Of a stretch of DNA of 64,000 bases, positions 38,028 through 48,614 are shown piece after piece. The stretch spans positions 172,174,001 to 172,238,000 of the forward strand of contig OX597816.1 in the NCBI GenBank assembly GCA_951406725.2. The letters are read 5' to 3'. Both the position numbers and the translations under genes were made by a program. The stretch comes from Octopus vulgaris (Eukaryota). Under the pieces are notes generated by a model. The model made no database searches. It was not told the DNA's origin and saw only the letters and a list, made by a program, of their open reading frames with translations. Position 1 is the stretch's first letter. Every line of letters starts with the position of its first letter.

Positions 38028-40021
38028 TACGACGGGCTTCTTTCAGTTTCCGTCTACCAAATCCACTCACCAGGCTTTGGTCGGCCCGAGGCTATAGTAG
38101 AAGACACTTGCCCAAGGTGCCATGCAGTGGGACTGAACCCGGAACCATGTGGCTGGTAAACAAGCTACTTACCACACAGCCACTCCTGCTTTTAAAAACA
38201 GCTAACAGTCAGCAAAAGGAAGAGTATCTACTTGCAAAATCCTGCTTCATATGCATCCTCTTCCAGCATGGAAAAATGCACATTCAATGAATGAATGAAT
38301 AATATTTAAAAATAATAAATATTATAAAGAGTAAGCAACTTCTCTAAAAATCATTGAACGTTCAACTAATCAAGAGGGTAACAGAATATTTCAGAGTAAG
38401 AACATTGATACACTGAAAACCAAAAGCGGAAAATTCTCAAAACTTTGTCATAGTAGAATAGGAAAACGTCTCACCAGAATCAATAGTGTCAGCAAAAGTA
38501 TTTGCACCATTATATTTGGTGTTTTCTTCACTAATTTTTTCATTTCGAAGCATCTCTTCAGCCATCTGCAAGCTAGATGTCATACTTGTTATACTTGAAA
38601 CCATTTCTTCAAATGAAGGCCCTATGAAAATAAAGACAGCTTTGACTTTACACCAAGAAAGTATTTAGAACTGCTGAAATTATCTGTGACACACAAATAG
38701 AAATTTTTTAAAAAATAATAAACTGAAGAAGGTATTGAATTTTTAGCTAAAGAGTCTGAGAATATATATCTACATTAGAGGGGAAAAGCATAGCATATCA
38801 ACATTGAACACAAATTATATTTATTTTCATACCCTTTACTTTCTTAACCCTCAAGTGTTTAACCCTTTCATTACTGTATTTATTTTGGGATGCTCTGTGT
38901 TTCTTTCAATTACTTTAAATATAACAAGGAATTTAGTAAAATAACTTCATTATCATTAAGCTGGAGTTAGGAACATAAATTGTGACTAAGGTTTAGTGGA
39001 AGATTTTGATTAAAAACTTATGAAAACAAGACATTTGTATTACAGAGCCAGAGCCGGTTTCAGCCGGGTTGGTAATGAAAGGGTTAAGCCAGCCCAAATA
39101 TTTTTTTGTTTATGGTTCAAAATGGCCAGATTCTGCCTTTTACATTACAATGTCATTTTGAAAATAAACAATTACATTATGGAAATGTTGAAGCCACAAT
39201 ATAATGCATGATCAATTCAAAACAATGTGAATAAATAAGCATTACATTTGACAGAGTAATCTGAATGTTAGGTGGTTAACCCTTTAGTGTTCAAATTACT
39301 CAGTTAAATGTAAATATTTTTTTACTCAAATTGTTTTTAATTAATCCTGCATTATCTTATAGCTTTTGAGGTTTCAGTGATGTGATTGTTTATTTTTAGA
39401 ATGTCAATGTAGGTTAGGTGTGAGAGGCTAGATATCACCAGTTTGAATATAAAACATAGAATATTTGGGCCGGATATGGCCGGTTTAAACACTAAAGGGT
39501 TAAATATTGTTTTTATATTCAAATAGTTGCTGTTTTACTACTATTTTTCAAAACCATGCAGATATCTAAATGTAGATATCTTTAAAACTAGTAGTTCATC
39601 TTACAACTGATCACAAAACCATGAACTAGGAGTGTAGGGAAATCTGTACTCAGGCAAATTGATAGAAAAAAAGTTATAAAGCTGTTTCCTGAGGCTCAAG
39701 GTTATTACTGTAGTAGACAATATTTATAATAAAACTCTACATTCAAATTAACCATGGGCCTTACAGCTCCCACTTCATGAGTTATCCCATGAGCAATTGT
39801 AATTATAACAGGATAGAAGATTAAATTTTCATTGACATATATTCAAAATTACCATTTTCTGAGCGGCATTTTGGTCTGAGTTCTAGTTTCAATCCATGAA
39901 CTTCAAATAGGGTACTGCTCCCTAGCAATGTTGACCATGGTATGGAAACTGTTATTTCATCAATAACACTGCTTACTAACTCCACAGGTACTGAGTAGGT
40001 CTTCAGCCATTGGTTGATAAA
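15793..40021 (-). CDS. ATG2: Autophagy-related protein 2 (ATG2A/B-like), N-terminal part; 11 coding exons in window, gene incomplete at both ends
   Basis: Exons 39853-40021, 38475-38621, 34387-34492, 31295-31496, 29213-29410, 27141-27237, 25746-25925, 24211-24333, 19830-19883, 18172-18430, 15793-15979 all have AG/GT ends and join in one open frame (574 codons). Peptides VPVELVSSVIDEITVSIPW, MTSSLQMAEE, FADTIDSVLSRVKI, MKQNEAVAGPKLEVDLQVGSLDILMGPRQV and ACPYDHLG match ATG2 chorein-N/N-terminal motifs as recalled. Confidence 0.92.
16651..16762. repeat. (CT)n/(GT)n compound microsatellite
   Basis: Direct reading. Confidence 0.9.
17204..17985 (-). mobile_element. RTE LINE 3' fragment nested in a TTAA MITE
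   Basis: GRGRPRKTWDEVV ORF end plus the same 3' UTR and tail as the 48.8 kb copy. Confidence 0.88.
18172..18430 (-). CDS. ATG2: ATG2 exon: DPTQKLLDDPSVEL...IACPYDHLG
   Basis: tttttgtcAG / GTatgt, 259 nt, phase 1 to 2. Confidence 0.9.
19545..19694. repeat. Compound microsatellite (GAA)35(GCA)15
   Basis: Direct reading. Confidence 0.95.
19830..19883 (-). CDS. ATG2: ATG2 small exon: VSNASTGRPRSGYSQNIK
   Basis: ttttgttttacAG / GTaagt, 54 nt, symmetric phase 1 to 1, open in frame; no recognisable conserved motif. Confidence 0.8.
20140..20521 (+). mobile_element. tRNA-derived SINE family B1
   Basis: GGAGGCGCAATGGCCCAGTGG A box, GGTTTTGATTCC B-box-like head, conserved 380-bp body. Confidence 0.88.
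20917..21258 (-). mobile_element. SINE family B1, 5'-truncated, inside a TTAA MITE
   Basis: TSD-like AATCAATTTAAA on both sides. Confidence 0.85.
21560..23430 (+). mobile_element. Penelope-like retroelement, 5'-truncated (RT plus GIY-YIG endonuclease, microsatellite, pLTR-like tail)
   Basis: YCRYVDD, LPFLD and YYMKP in ORF 21499-22302; NVVYSIRC...YTGETSRSIAERL in 22259-22498; tail 23250-23430 homologous to the 57.7-58.1 kb repeat. Confidence 0.85.
23464..23844 (-). mobile_element. SINE family B1
   Basis: TSD TTTAGTGATGTA. Confidence 0.88.
24211..24333 (-). CDS. ATG2: ATG2 exon: DDFVSGDEMYYSLKAS...SEKSTST
   Basis: ttttcAG / GTtaag, 123 nt, phase 1 to 1. Confidence 0.88.
25746..25925 (-). 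CDS. ATG2: ATG2 exon: ASSEYSPSRLSATTNKPMKQTDYLRVEHQLQ...SHGP
   Basis: tgtccAG / GTaaat, 180 nt, phase 1 to 1. Confidence 0.9.
27141..27237 (-). CDS. ATG2: ATG2 exon: LEVDLQVGSLDILMGPRQVHVLLEILSCFTSS
   Basis: tttcAG / GTgtgt, 97 nt, phase 0 to 1. Confidence 0.92.
27519..28080 (+). mobile_element. LINE (RTE-group) C-terminal fragment, second family
   Basis: YKYLGS, ILLYGSETW and QFAGQC motifs; degenerate relative at about 32600-32990. Confidence 0.8.
28621..28990 (+). mobile_element. SINE family B1
   Basis: Full-length; flanked by ATTTGACTAAT repeat. Confidence 0.88.
29213..29410 (-). CDS. ATG2: ATG2 exon: LFESAHNSPPL...KMKQNEAVAGPK
   Basis: atttcAG / GTatac, 198 nt, phase 0 to 0. Confidence 0.9.
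29498..29788 (+). mobile_element. SINE family B2 (B head, different tail)
   Basis: Same tRNA head as B1, unrelated 3' part ending GGTCATGTGAT; flanked by TATGGTTGTATCT repeat. Confidence 0.85.
31295..31496 (-). CDS. ATG2: ATG2 exon: MDFFDDMAVNESV...SSSDSSTQ
   Basis: ttaacAG / GTtagt, 202 nt, phase 2 to 0; within ORF 31259-31639. Confidence 0.9.
32341..32528. mobile_element. Mariner-derived MITE
   Basis: Imperfect inverted ends CTGAAAAGTTCCTGGCTTT / AAAGCCAGAATACTCTTCAG. Confidence 0.5.
34387..34492 (-). CDS. ATG2: ATG2 exon: VLSRVKISVHDISICLDHILKDSGNQKARLEMRIQR
   Basis: ttccattccAG / GTaagt, 106 nt, phase 1 to 2. Confidence 0.92.
34568..35200 (+). mobile_element. Mariner remnant (5' part)
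   Basis: TACGAGGGGGTACCCAAAAGT start; EQQVSIKFCFLLEKTVAET and ITGDESWCY motifs. Confidence 0.75.
35332..35476 (-). ncRNA. Two tandem putative minimal hammerheads with G3-C8 variant core
   Basis: TTTGTCA-GTGAACA-stem II-GAA-AATATT-T|TGACAAA, period 94 bp; inverted third copy at 35883-35925. Confidence 0.5.
35536..35839 (-). mobile_element. SINE family B2
   Basis: Second copy of the B2 structure. Confidence 0.85.
36553..37272. repeat. 63-bp inverted repeat arms (36553-36615, 37210-37272) directly upstream of the hammerhead motif
   Basis: TTTAGATTAAAATATCTTTAG...GACCATT and its reverse complement. Confidence 0.85.
36701..37118 (-). mobile_element. SINE family A
   Basis: Full-length copy. Confidence 0.88.
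37279..37380 (+). ncRNA. Putative type I hammerhead ribozyme with branched stem II
   Basis: CTGATGA 37293-99; stem II GATTCATAT/ATATGAATT with inner hairpin GTGAATTT/AAATTCAC; GAAA; stem III ACAA-A-TTGT; GUA cleavage triplet; stem I CC/GG plus AACAAATAT/ATGTTTGTT. Confidence 0.7.
37761..38189 (-). mobile_element. SINE family A
   Basis: Full-length copy. Confidence 0.88.
38475..38621 (-). CDS. ATG2: ATG2 exon: GPSFEEMVSSITSMTSSLQMAEEMLRNEKISEENTKYNGANTFADTIDS
   Basis: ttttcatAG / GTgaga, 147 nt, phase 1 to 1. Confidence 0.92.
38848..39499. mobile_element. Cluster of three TTAA MITEs (38848-39275 with nested 38863-39083; adjacent inverted copy 39280-39499)
   Basis: Nested element has TIR CCCTTTCATTAC and TTAA TSD; the outer pair share the TTAA at 39276-39279. 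Confidence 0.8.
39853..40021 (-). CDS. ATG2: ATG2 exon (probable exon 2): FINQWLKTYSVPVELVSSVIDEITVSIPWSTLLGSSTLFEVHGLKLELRPKCRSEN
   Basis: ttttattttgcAG acceptor, GTaatt donor, 169 nt, phase 0 to 1; chorein-N-like segment. Confidence 0.92.
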
Positions 40022-40099
40022 CTGCAAAATAAAAGTCCAAATAACATAAAAGTAAAAAAAAAATAAGTAGGAAAATACACAAAACAAAACAAAAACTAC

Positions 40100-40760
40100 A
40101 AGGGTAGGCTGAAAAGTTTATAGGCTGACTATGAAGGAGTGATGCTAGAGCTGTGAAATCTTGCATGCATTGATTTCAACCCTTCTTATTAATAACTGCA
40201 TTGTTTCTGTTCAGGTAAACTAATATCTGACTGTTCAAAGAAGGCTTCAAAAGTAACTAGTCGTGACTTCTCTTGAAAACTGTCAAATTTGGCATCATGA
40301 TGTTATCAAGTACCTGCAGAAAAAGGGTTTAGCCCCCCAACGACATTCATGCTAACATGGTTGCACATTAGGGGATGACATTCCAGCTCTATCAACAGTC
40401 CAAAATTGGGCAGCCGAATTTAGGAGGGGAAAAGAGAGTCTTGAAGATGACCCAAGGTCTAGATGTCCTACAACTGTCACCACCGAAGAAAACATTATGT
40501 TCACCACATGAGATGGATGATGGGCAATTGACTAAAAATCAGATAGCCAATGCTATTAGTATATCACATAAGAGAGTTGAGAATATTCTTCACAATGAAC
40601 TTGCCATGACAAACATTTCTGCTCGGTGGGTGCCACCACTTCTAAAACCTGCTCAAAAGTGCACCAGGCTGATCACATCATGAGAAAATTTGACATTGCT
40701 TGAAGCAGAGCTAAGCCAAGATGAGTGCTGGCTTCACCACTTTGAGCCAGAGACAATTAC
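40100..40760 (+). mobile_element. Mariner remnant (5' part)
   Basis: TACAAGGGTAGGCTGAAAAGTT start; ISARWVPPLL (WVPHEL-like) motif. Confidence 0.75.
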
Positions 40761-41524
40761 TGAATATTTACTTCAAAACTACATTTTCAAAAAACCATAT
40801 CCAAGAACATTAAAGTCTGATTTTTAATTTCATAGACAGCGTCATTGAGAGGCCTTATGGAATATCCTATAATACTATAACATTCCTGAGAAGTATGTCA
40901 ATATCGTTAGGAATATCTATGTAAATTCAAAATGTTGTGTACAAAGAGACTCAGGTGATATAGGTCAACAGGTATTAGTACAAATAAACAAAAACTTTTT
41001 ACACAGAATATTCACCAACTGTAACTTCACCAACGTAAATACATACCCATTAGACAGAAAGTTCTTGACCAAAGAATTAGTCCACTTAGTAACTATCTAT
41101 TCTCACTCTTCAAACCTAACATACATCAATCTTAGAGCCAACATATTTAAGAGTAGTTATTATAAACAAACAGATTTCTCATAACACCAGCAGAAGAAAT
41201 ATTCCTTTATCACAACACATATGGTCACTGAAAGAAAATAATAAACCCTATACTATAAAACAGAAAATATTCTCGTTATCCAAACCTTATTCTGATAATC
41301 ATAGGCCTTGCCAATTACGCACCACCAAATCACTTGAGATTTGGTGGTGCATAATTTGGTGGTCTCTTCCAAACTACTAAATAAAAATTCTGGACTAATC
41401 ATTAAATGCCTACATAAAACTTACAAATCACTCAGACACTTTAAACCCATGCAAATTCACAAATAGATAACACTGTCTAGCATAATCCGTTCTTCATAAA
41501 ATTATGTTTTAAAAAAAAACAGTT

Positions 41525-41990
41525 CACAGAGCTCAGAGAGTTATTACCTCTGTTGGCAACAAAAAGTCTCCCTCAGAGTGAAAGATAAAATGTATAATGC
41601 TTGTGTACGAATGGCTATATCCATGGTAGTGAAACATGGGCTCTGAATGAAGAAGACATATGTAGACTAGACAGGAATGAAGGCAGCCTGCTCCATTGGA
41701 TGGGCAACATCAGTGTGCATGTATGACAAAGTGCAAATGTGTTGAGAGAAAAGTTAGGCTTAAAAGGAATTAAGACTACGTTAGTTTGCACATGTGATGC
41801 ATATGAATAAAGACGGCTGTATAAAGAAGTGCCAATCACTGAAAGTGGATGGCACCTGTGGAAGAAGGAGATCTGGGAAGACATAGGATAAAGTGGTGAG
41901 GACCAACCTCAGGATGTTGGGCTACATTGAGAAAGCGACAATATACCGAGATGTCTGGTGACAGGAGATTCTTGAGAAGACCCACCCACG
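41525..41990 (+). mobile_element. Degenerate RTE fragment (similar remnant at about 18600-19200)
   Basis: Decayed HGSETW / REKL / GTCGR..GKT coding similarity to the 49.5 kb RTE. Confidence 0.6.
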
Positions 41991-42417
41991 TCAACAAAAC
42001 TGAGTTTTAGAAGCGCAATGGGTTCCACCCACATGTAACAAGAATAAAACTTTTCCCACACCCTACCCCCAACAAACCAAACTACATCTCTTCTCTTCCT
42101 CACATTTCCTCTTTTCGTGTACTTTGCTTATGCTTATCTCATGCTCCACAACCCTGTCCTCATTTCCCTGCTCACTGTATCATTGCTATCCTGTTGCTCC
42201 ACAACCCTCTATATACCCAGGTTTTACCAGTCACTGTATCCCCCCACACAGACACACTCTTTGCATTCACTCTACTCCCTAGCATTTATATTTTGACCCC
42301 ATACCTAGAGGGTATACCATGGTAATTTGCTACCATCCATCTCTCCCTTGCTCTACTCTACCATCCCTTTATATCCTGATCTGCTTGTTGTGAGTATACC
42401 CTGGCACTTGGCCACCA

Positions 42418-42463
<46 letters not shown>

Positions 42464-43509
42464 GGTAACCATGTATCTCTTCTACAGCAAGACACCTATT
42501 TCTGTCACTTTGTCACACTCTAACCTTTGCCTAGCAAGTTACTTGGTGACCTTGCCAGTGCTGGTGCCATGTAAAAAGTAACCAGTCCACACTGTAAAAT
42601 GGTTGGCATTTGGAAGGGCATCCAGCTGTAAACACCATACCAAAACTGACCTTGTCTGTGCTAGCGCCACATGAAAAACACTCAGTTCACTTTGCAAGGT
42701 GGTAAGTGTTAAGAAGAGCATTCAGCCATAAAAACAATACCAAAACAGACACTGAAACCTAGTGCAGTCTTCTGCCTAGCCAGCTCGTCAAATCATCCAA
42801 CCCATGCCAGCATGGAAAGCAAACATTAAATGTTGATGATGATGATGATGATAGACCCTCCTTGTATTTGTATATACATTTCTAAAGGCAGTACCTATCT
42901 ATATACTGTTATGATAAGGAGTATGCAAGTATTTCAAGGAAATGCTTGCATACTATATATACTTGCATATCATATATATGAGCACACACATACATATATA
43001 ATATGTACATATAATAGTGCAATCAATTATAATGAATTGGAAACAGACTTCAGCTAACAATTGAGTACAAAGATTATAGAGATTAATAGTGAAACTACTA
43101 TTGAAGGAAAACTACAGATAACATAATCCTGGTAAGACATGAGCATAAGAACCACTACAAATGGCAATCAAATCTCCCTTTGATCATAGACCTGCTCAGT
43201 CAGGTTTGATCTTGAGATAAACAACAACAATAAACTGGTAGGACCCCCTATAACCCTTTAATATTTAAACAGGCTATATTCAACCCAAATATTCTACCTG
43301 CCCTATGTTCACATTGGCCAGATCCAGTTTCTCACAACTACCCTATAATGTCATTCTAAAAATAAACACATCATCAAAATCTCAGAATTACAATACAATA
43401 CATGATTAATTCAAAACAATGTGAATAAATAAAGATTACACTTGACAGAGTAATCTAAATGTTAAAGGATTAATGCTTTGATATAATTCTACAATCAGTA
43501 GTTGGTAAA

Positions 43510-43873
43510 TCTTTATATATAAAAGTGAAGTTGTGTGTCTGTCTCCTACGATTTAGATTCCTAACTACTCCCACATTTTGCGGTGCAGTTTAACCAAAAC
43601 CGGGTATCTTATAGTCGTGATTCATATCGAGCCCTTCTGGGTATTAGCGCGCGTCTACGATGAGTCTACGATTTAAAAAAAATTTACCATAATTTTTTTC
43701 CATTTTAATGCATTTTTTCGCTATTATATAAGGGAAGTAACTCTCTAAAAATGTCTACGATGAGTCAACGATTTAAAAAAAAATTTACCATAATTTTTTT
43801 GCTATAACTCTCTAAAAATGCTTATATAGTTATTTCCCTTACAAACCCGAGCAACGCTGGGCGATACTGCTAG
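43510..43873 (+). mobile_element. Non-autonomous Helitron
   Basis: A|TCTTTATATATAAAAGTG...CCCGAGCAACGCTGGGCGATACTGCTAG|T. Confidence 0.88.
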
Positions 43874-44115
43874 TAAATGATAAAGCTAGGTAGAGGATAA
43901 AAGCTATGTGAGACCTGGTGAGTCATTGTATACGTGCAGTTTATATGCTTCCGTGTGCAATGAAGCTTCTAGTTTATGTGACTATGTGCTTCAGATAACG
44001 AAACTGAACTTTCAAAAATACTTCAGCGTAAAGTACAAAACAATAAACTATCAAAAACTGAACGACAAATGCAAATTTATATTGTTATTTTGATTAAAGT
44101 TTGCTTATTTGGTTA

Positions 44116-45399
44116 CGGCGGGCCGTTCAATAAGTAATGCCCCTGACCCACTTGCAGTTGTTTGATCTAGCTGAAATTTTGCATGTGCAATTATTTATAT
44201 CTCTATAGATTACGTGGCAAATTACAGCTCTGATCTAATTGTGGTTTCTGATTTACAGGTGTTTGAACTGAGTCAAGTGTGAAATGGAGCCTGTTGAGTG
44301 TCGAGCAGTGATCCGGTTTTCGTATTTGAAAGGACGCACACCACGGGAGACTTTTGATGAAATGAAAGTAACTTATGGTGATGATGCCCCATCACATGAC
44401 CTTGTAAAATGCTGGCATCGTGAATTCAAACATGGTCGGAACTCTGTGGAAACAGCTCCCAGATCTGGTCGCCCCCTTCTGCCATTGATGAGGCATCTGT
44501 CCGTCAAGTTGAGGCTGCCATTTTGGAAGATCGATGCATAACTATTCGCCAAATAGCCCATGAGGTCAAGATTAGTACCAGGTCTGTGGAAACTATCATT
44601 CATGACCATTTGCATATGCAAAAGGTGTCTACCAGATGAATTCCCAGGTTGCTCACACCTTTCCAGAAGCAAGAACGCGTCGAGTGCTCGAGGATGAATT
44701 TGGAGATGTGCCAAGAAGATGAATCAAAATTTTTCAAAAGACTGATTACACAGGATGAAACCTGGGTCCATCACTATAATCCAGAGACCAAAGCCCAGTC
44801 AATGCAGTGGAAGCACCGTGACTCACCTCCTCCAAAGAGGGCAAGAGTGCAGCCCTCCGCTGGCAAGGTCGTGCTCACAGTCTCCTGGGACCAGGATGGA
44901 GTAGTGATGACAGATTTCCTGGAAAAGGGTACCACAATTACAGGAGCCTATTATGCTTCACTTTTGAGGAAATTAAGAGAAGCTATCAAAATCAAGAGGC
45001 GGGGCAAGATCAGCAAAGGCATCCTCCTCCTGCAGGACAACGCTCCGGTCCACAACTCGCGTGTCACCAGATCAGAAGCACAGGCATGCAGCTATGAACT
45101 CCTCCCCTATCCCCCCTACTCTCCTGACCTTGCACCCTCTGATTTTCACCTTTTCCCAGCCATGAAGTTGTTTTTGAAAGGAAAGCATTTCCCAGATGAT
45201 GCAGCCTTGATTTCTGAAGTCACGTCGTGGTTGGAGGACCAAGCTGGGGTCTTCTACAAAACGAGCTGCATCGAACGATGGGAGAAATGCGTAACTCTGG
45301 GTGGTTTCTATGTAGAAAAAGACTAATAACTGTGCCAAGTTTCGTTGCTCTACTTCTTTGGGAAGTGGGTCAGGGGCATTACTTATTGAACGCCCCTCG
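44116..45399 (+). mobile_element. Mariner (DD34D) transposon, near-intact; transposase 44284-45326 broken by frameshift/stop
   Basis: TIR core CGTTCAATAAGTAATGCCCCTGACCCACTT, flanking TA; TQDETW, QDNAP and YSPDLAPSDF motifs. Confidence 0.95.
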
Positions 45400-46175
45400 T
45401 AAGTCTGTTTACCAAGGAAAGATAAATACCGATATTTCAATCAAAGTCCTTAAATGGAGATGAAAGAAAAGACTTTTCTCTCCAATAAAGGACTTGCTCA
45501 AAATGTCAGTATTCTCAGTCCCAGCGAAATACAAACTAAACTTTAACAAATAATCTTTGCCATGGATGCAGGCATGACTGTGTGGTAAGAAATTTGCTGC
45601 CCAGCCATGTGGTTTAAGGTTCTGTCCCACCACATGGCAAATTGGGCAAGTATCTTCTACTATAACTTCAAGCAGACCTAAGTCTTGTGAGTGCATTTAG
45701 TAACTAAAAACTGAAAGAAGCCTCTGTGTGTGTGTATGTGTTTGGCTTTGTGTTTGTGTTTGTTCCCCCACTTGACAAAATACCAGTCTAGACTGGTGAT
45801 TGAATTTTCTCTCTGTCTTTCTCATTTTCTTTCTTCCTGGAAGACACTGGTTGTACTCAGTCTATCAAACAACAAGCAGTTTAGACATAATTATGCAGAG
45901 AATTGCAAGCAAACAACAGAACCATTAAGAAGACTGATGAATAGAGAACACGTGACAATGAAGAGGAAATACAAAATCACACACCCACACGCATGCACAC
46001 AGGCACACATACACGCACACAAATATATACACACACAAAAGGCTTCTTCAGTTTTTATCAAGCAATTTGATGCACTAGGTACTGGCCAACCTGTAGCTAT
46101 GGTATATTATGTTAGCCAACAATGTCCATGGTTCTGAAGCAAACTTCTTCACCACACAGCCATGTCTGTGCCTAT

Positions 46176-46587
46176 ACTCTTTTCTCCTTTACTTGTTTCA
46201 GTCATTTGACTGCGGCCATGCTGGAGCACTGCCTTTAATCGAGCAACTTGACCCCGGCACTTATTCTTTTGTAAGCCCAGTACTTATTCTATCGGTCTCT
46301 TTTGCCGAACCGCTAAGTAACGGGGGACATAAACACACCAGCATCGGTTGTCAAGCAATGCTAGGGGACAAACACAGACACACGAACACACACACGCATA
46401 TATATATATATATATACATATATACGACGGGCTTCTTTCAGTTTCCGTCTACCAAATCCACTCACAAGGCTTTGGTCGGCCCGAGGCTATAGTAGAAGAC
46501 ACATGCCCAAGGTGCCACGCAGTGGGACTGAACCCAGAACCATGTGGTTGGTAGACAAGCTACTTACCACACAGCCACTCCTGCGCC
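46176..46587 (-). mobile_element. SINE family A
   Basis: Full-length copy. Confidence 0.88.
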
Positions 46588-48614
46588 TATGAATATAATA
46601 TATTTTCCCTTGGATGCAACGCCAGTATATTGCAAATAATATGGTTACAGGAATGGTTCTATGGTTAAAAAATTCAATTGAACTGCATGGTATAGTCTAT
46701 ATCTTCTACCAGAGCCTTGGTTTGACCCAAGACTACTGAGTGAAAATAGGTAGACAAGAACTATGCAGAGGCATGTTAGAGTAACTGTACCTTTAATTTG
46801 TCCCAGGTTTAATGTTATCTACAAATGTGTTAGGCCAAGTCTCCTCTGTTCTAAAGATCATAACCAAGCCTCCTACCTGAGTAGTATACTGATGCCCTGC
46901 TTGCTATTGCAGCAATCCAATCAGTAATAGTTTCTTCCTTCTTTGTCATAGTCTTGGAGGCCTTGCAAATATCATAGGTGCAGCCCTTCCTCTTCTAACA
47001 AAACCATAACAGAAAAAAACCCCACAAAAACCACCTATACAGGCGCAGGAGTGGCTGTGTGGTAAGTAGCTTGCCTACCAACCACATGGTTCCAAGTTCA
47101 GTCTCACTGCATGGCACCTTGGGCAAGTGTCTTCTACTACAGGCCCAGGCCAACCAGAGTCATGCAAGTGGATTTAGTAAAACAGAAACTGTAAGAAGCC
47201 TGGAGAGCATGTGCGCATGTATGAGTGTGTGTGTGTGCATATGTAATCTGTCAGTCACATAGTAACCGACAACAGAATGTTGTAGTCAAGTCTTACTGCA
47301 TGTCCTGAGAATATATGGCTTGCTTGCCTATGAAAGTGAAAGGGGGCCACTGAGGTTGGTGTGGTGATCAGGGAAGGGGACAAATATGGAGTGGCAGTGG
47401 GACAGTAATGTTAATATACATATTTCTTTATTACCCACAAGGGGCTAAATATAGAGGGGACAAACAAGGACAGACATAGGTATTAAGTCGATTATATCGC
47501 CCCCAGTGTGTAACTGGTACTTAATTTATCGACCCCGAAAGGATGAAAGGCAAAGTCAACCTCGGCGGAATTTGAACTCACAACGTAACGACAGATGAAA
47601 TACTGCTAAGCATTTCGCCCAGTGTGCTAACGTTTCTGCCAGCTCTCTGCCTAGTAATGTTAATATACAGTTGTCATTCAGAGACATGCACGCACTTTCA
47701 ATCACTTTCCGTTTCGCTCATGTCTCTTTTTCTCTCATTGGCTAGTGCAGACTCCAGCCACTAACACCAGCATCATTTGCGACCAGAACAAATGGGACAT
47801 CATTGACAATGCCATCTTTTCCAAGCAGTATATAACTTTCTTGTCATCTAAACTGCTTGACAACTACCTGTTGTTCTTGGAAAAACTATTGTTCTGAAAA
47901 AAAACTGAATTGAAATGAAATTAACTTTCATGTCTGATATAAAGCAACAAGCATTTGACGGTAAGGCGGGAAATGTGACAGAGGAGGTAAGATACAACTT
48001 TCTATCTCTATATAGTGCTTTATTTGAATAGCTTAAGCACATTTCTGAATTTATTAGGATAATACGAATCTGGTCTTGCCATTGAGGTACATTATCTAAG
48101 TGGTGAATGACTGCCATTTTTTTTTACTTTTGAGAGGTTGTGGGTAGGATTTGCAGCTTTTATGGTAATTTTCATTATAATATTGGAAAGTCATATCACT
48201 TGACAAGATTCTTATAACCATTTTATTTTTCCATGTGATAATAAAACAAATATGACAATTATTATCAATTTTATTATACATTTTTTAATATTGTGACTGT
48301 CACACTAATTCATCTGGTCGGCATTCGGGTGTCAGTTTATTAGAGGCTACCACATCATTAGGAGAAACACAGTACATGTATAAAATATTACAAGCATTGC
48401 TTTAAAAAGTACAAGACTAGAATTGAAAAATGCATATGCAGAATGTCATAATAAACCTTAAAAGGTATGGGACTACCATTGTTGTCCAAAAATATTGGAA
48501 TCCCTATATGCTGTACATTTTGTGGATTCCTTTGTGTTTAGTTCATTGAAATTAAGTTATATTAAAAATTAATCAAATTATCATATACTCATTTTAACAA
48601 AATAATTGTGTACA

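Noticed and set aside
36878-38290. Recurrent MSSNARGTNTDTQ.../CPRCHAVGLNPEPCGW ORFs as a gene family
   Set aside because: Antisense translations of SINE family A
47848-48117. Candidate ATG2 first coding exon
   Set aside because: No frame resembles the expected CRYLL..YLG.F N-terminus; exon 1 was not found in the window
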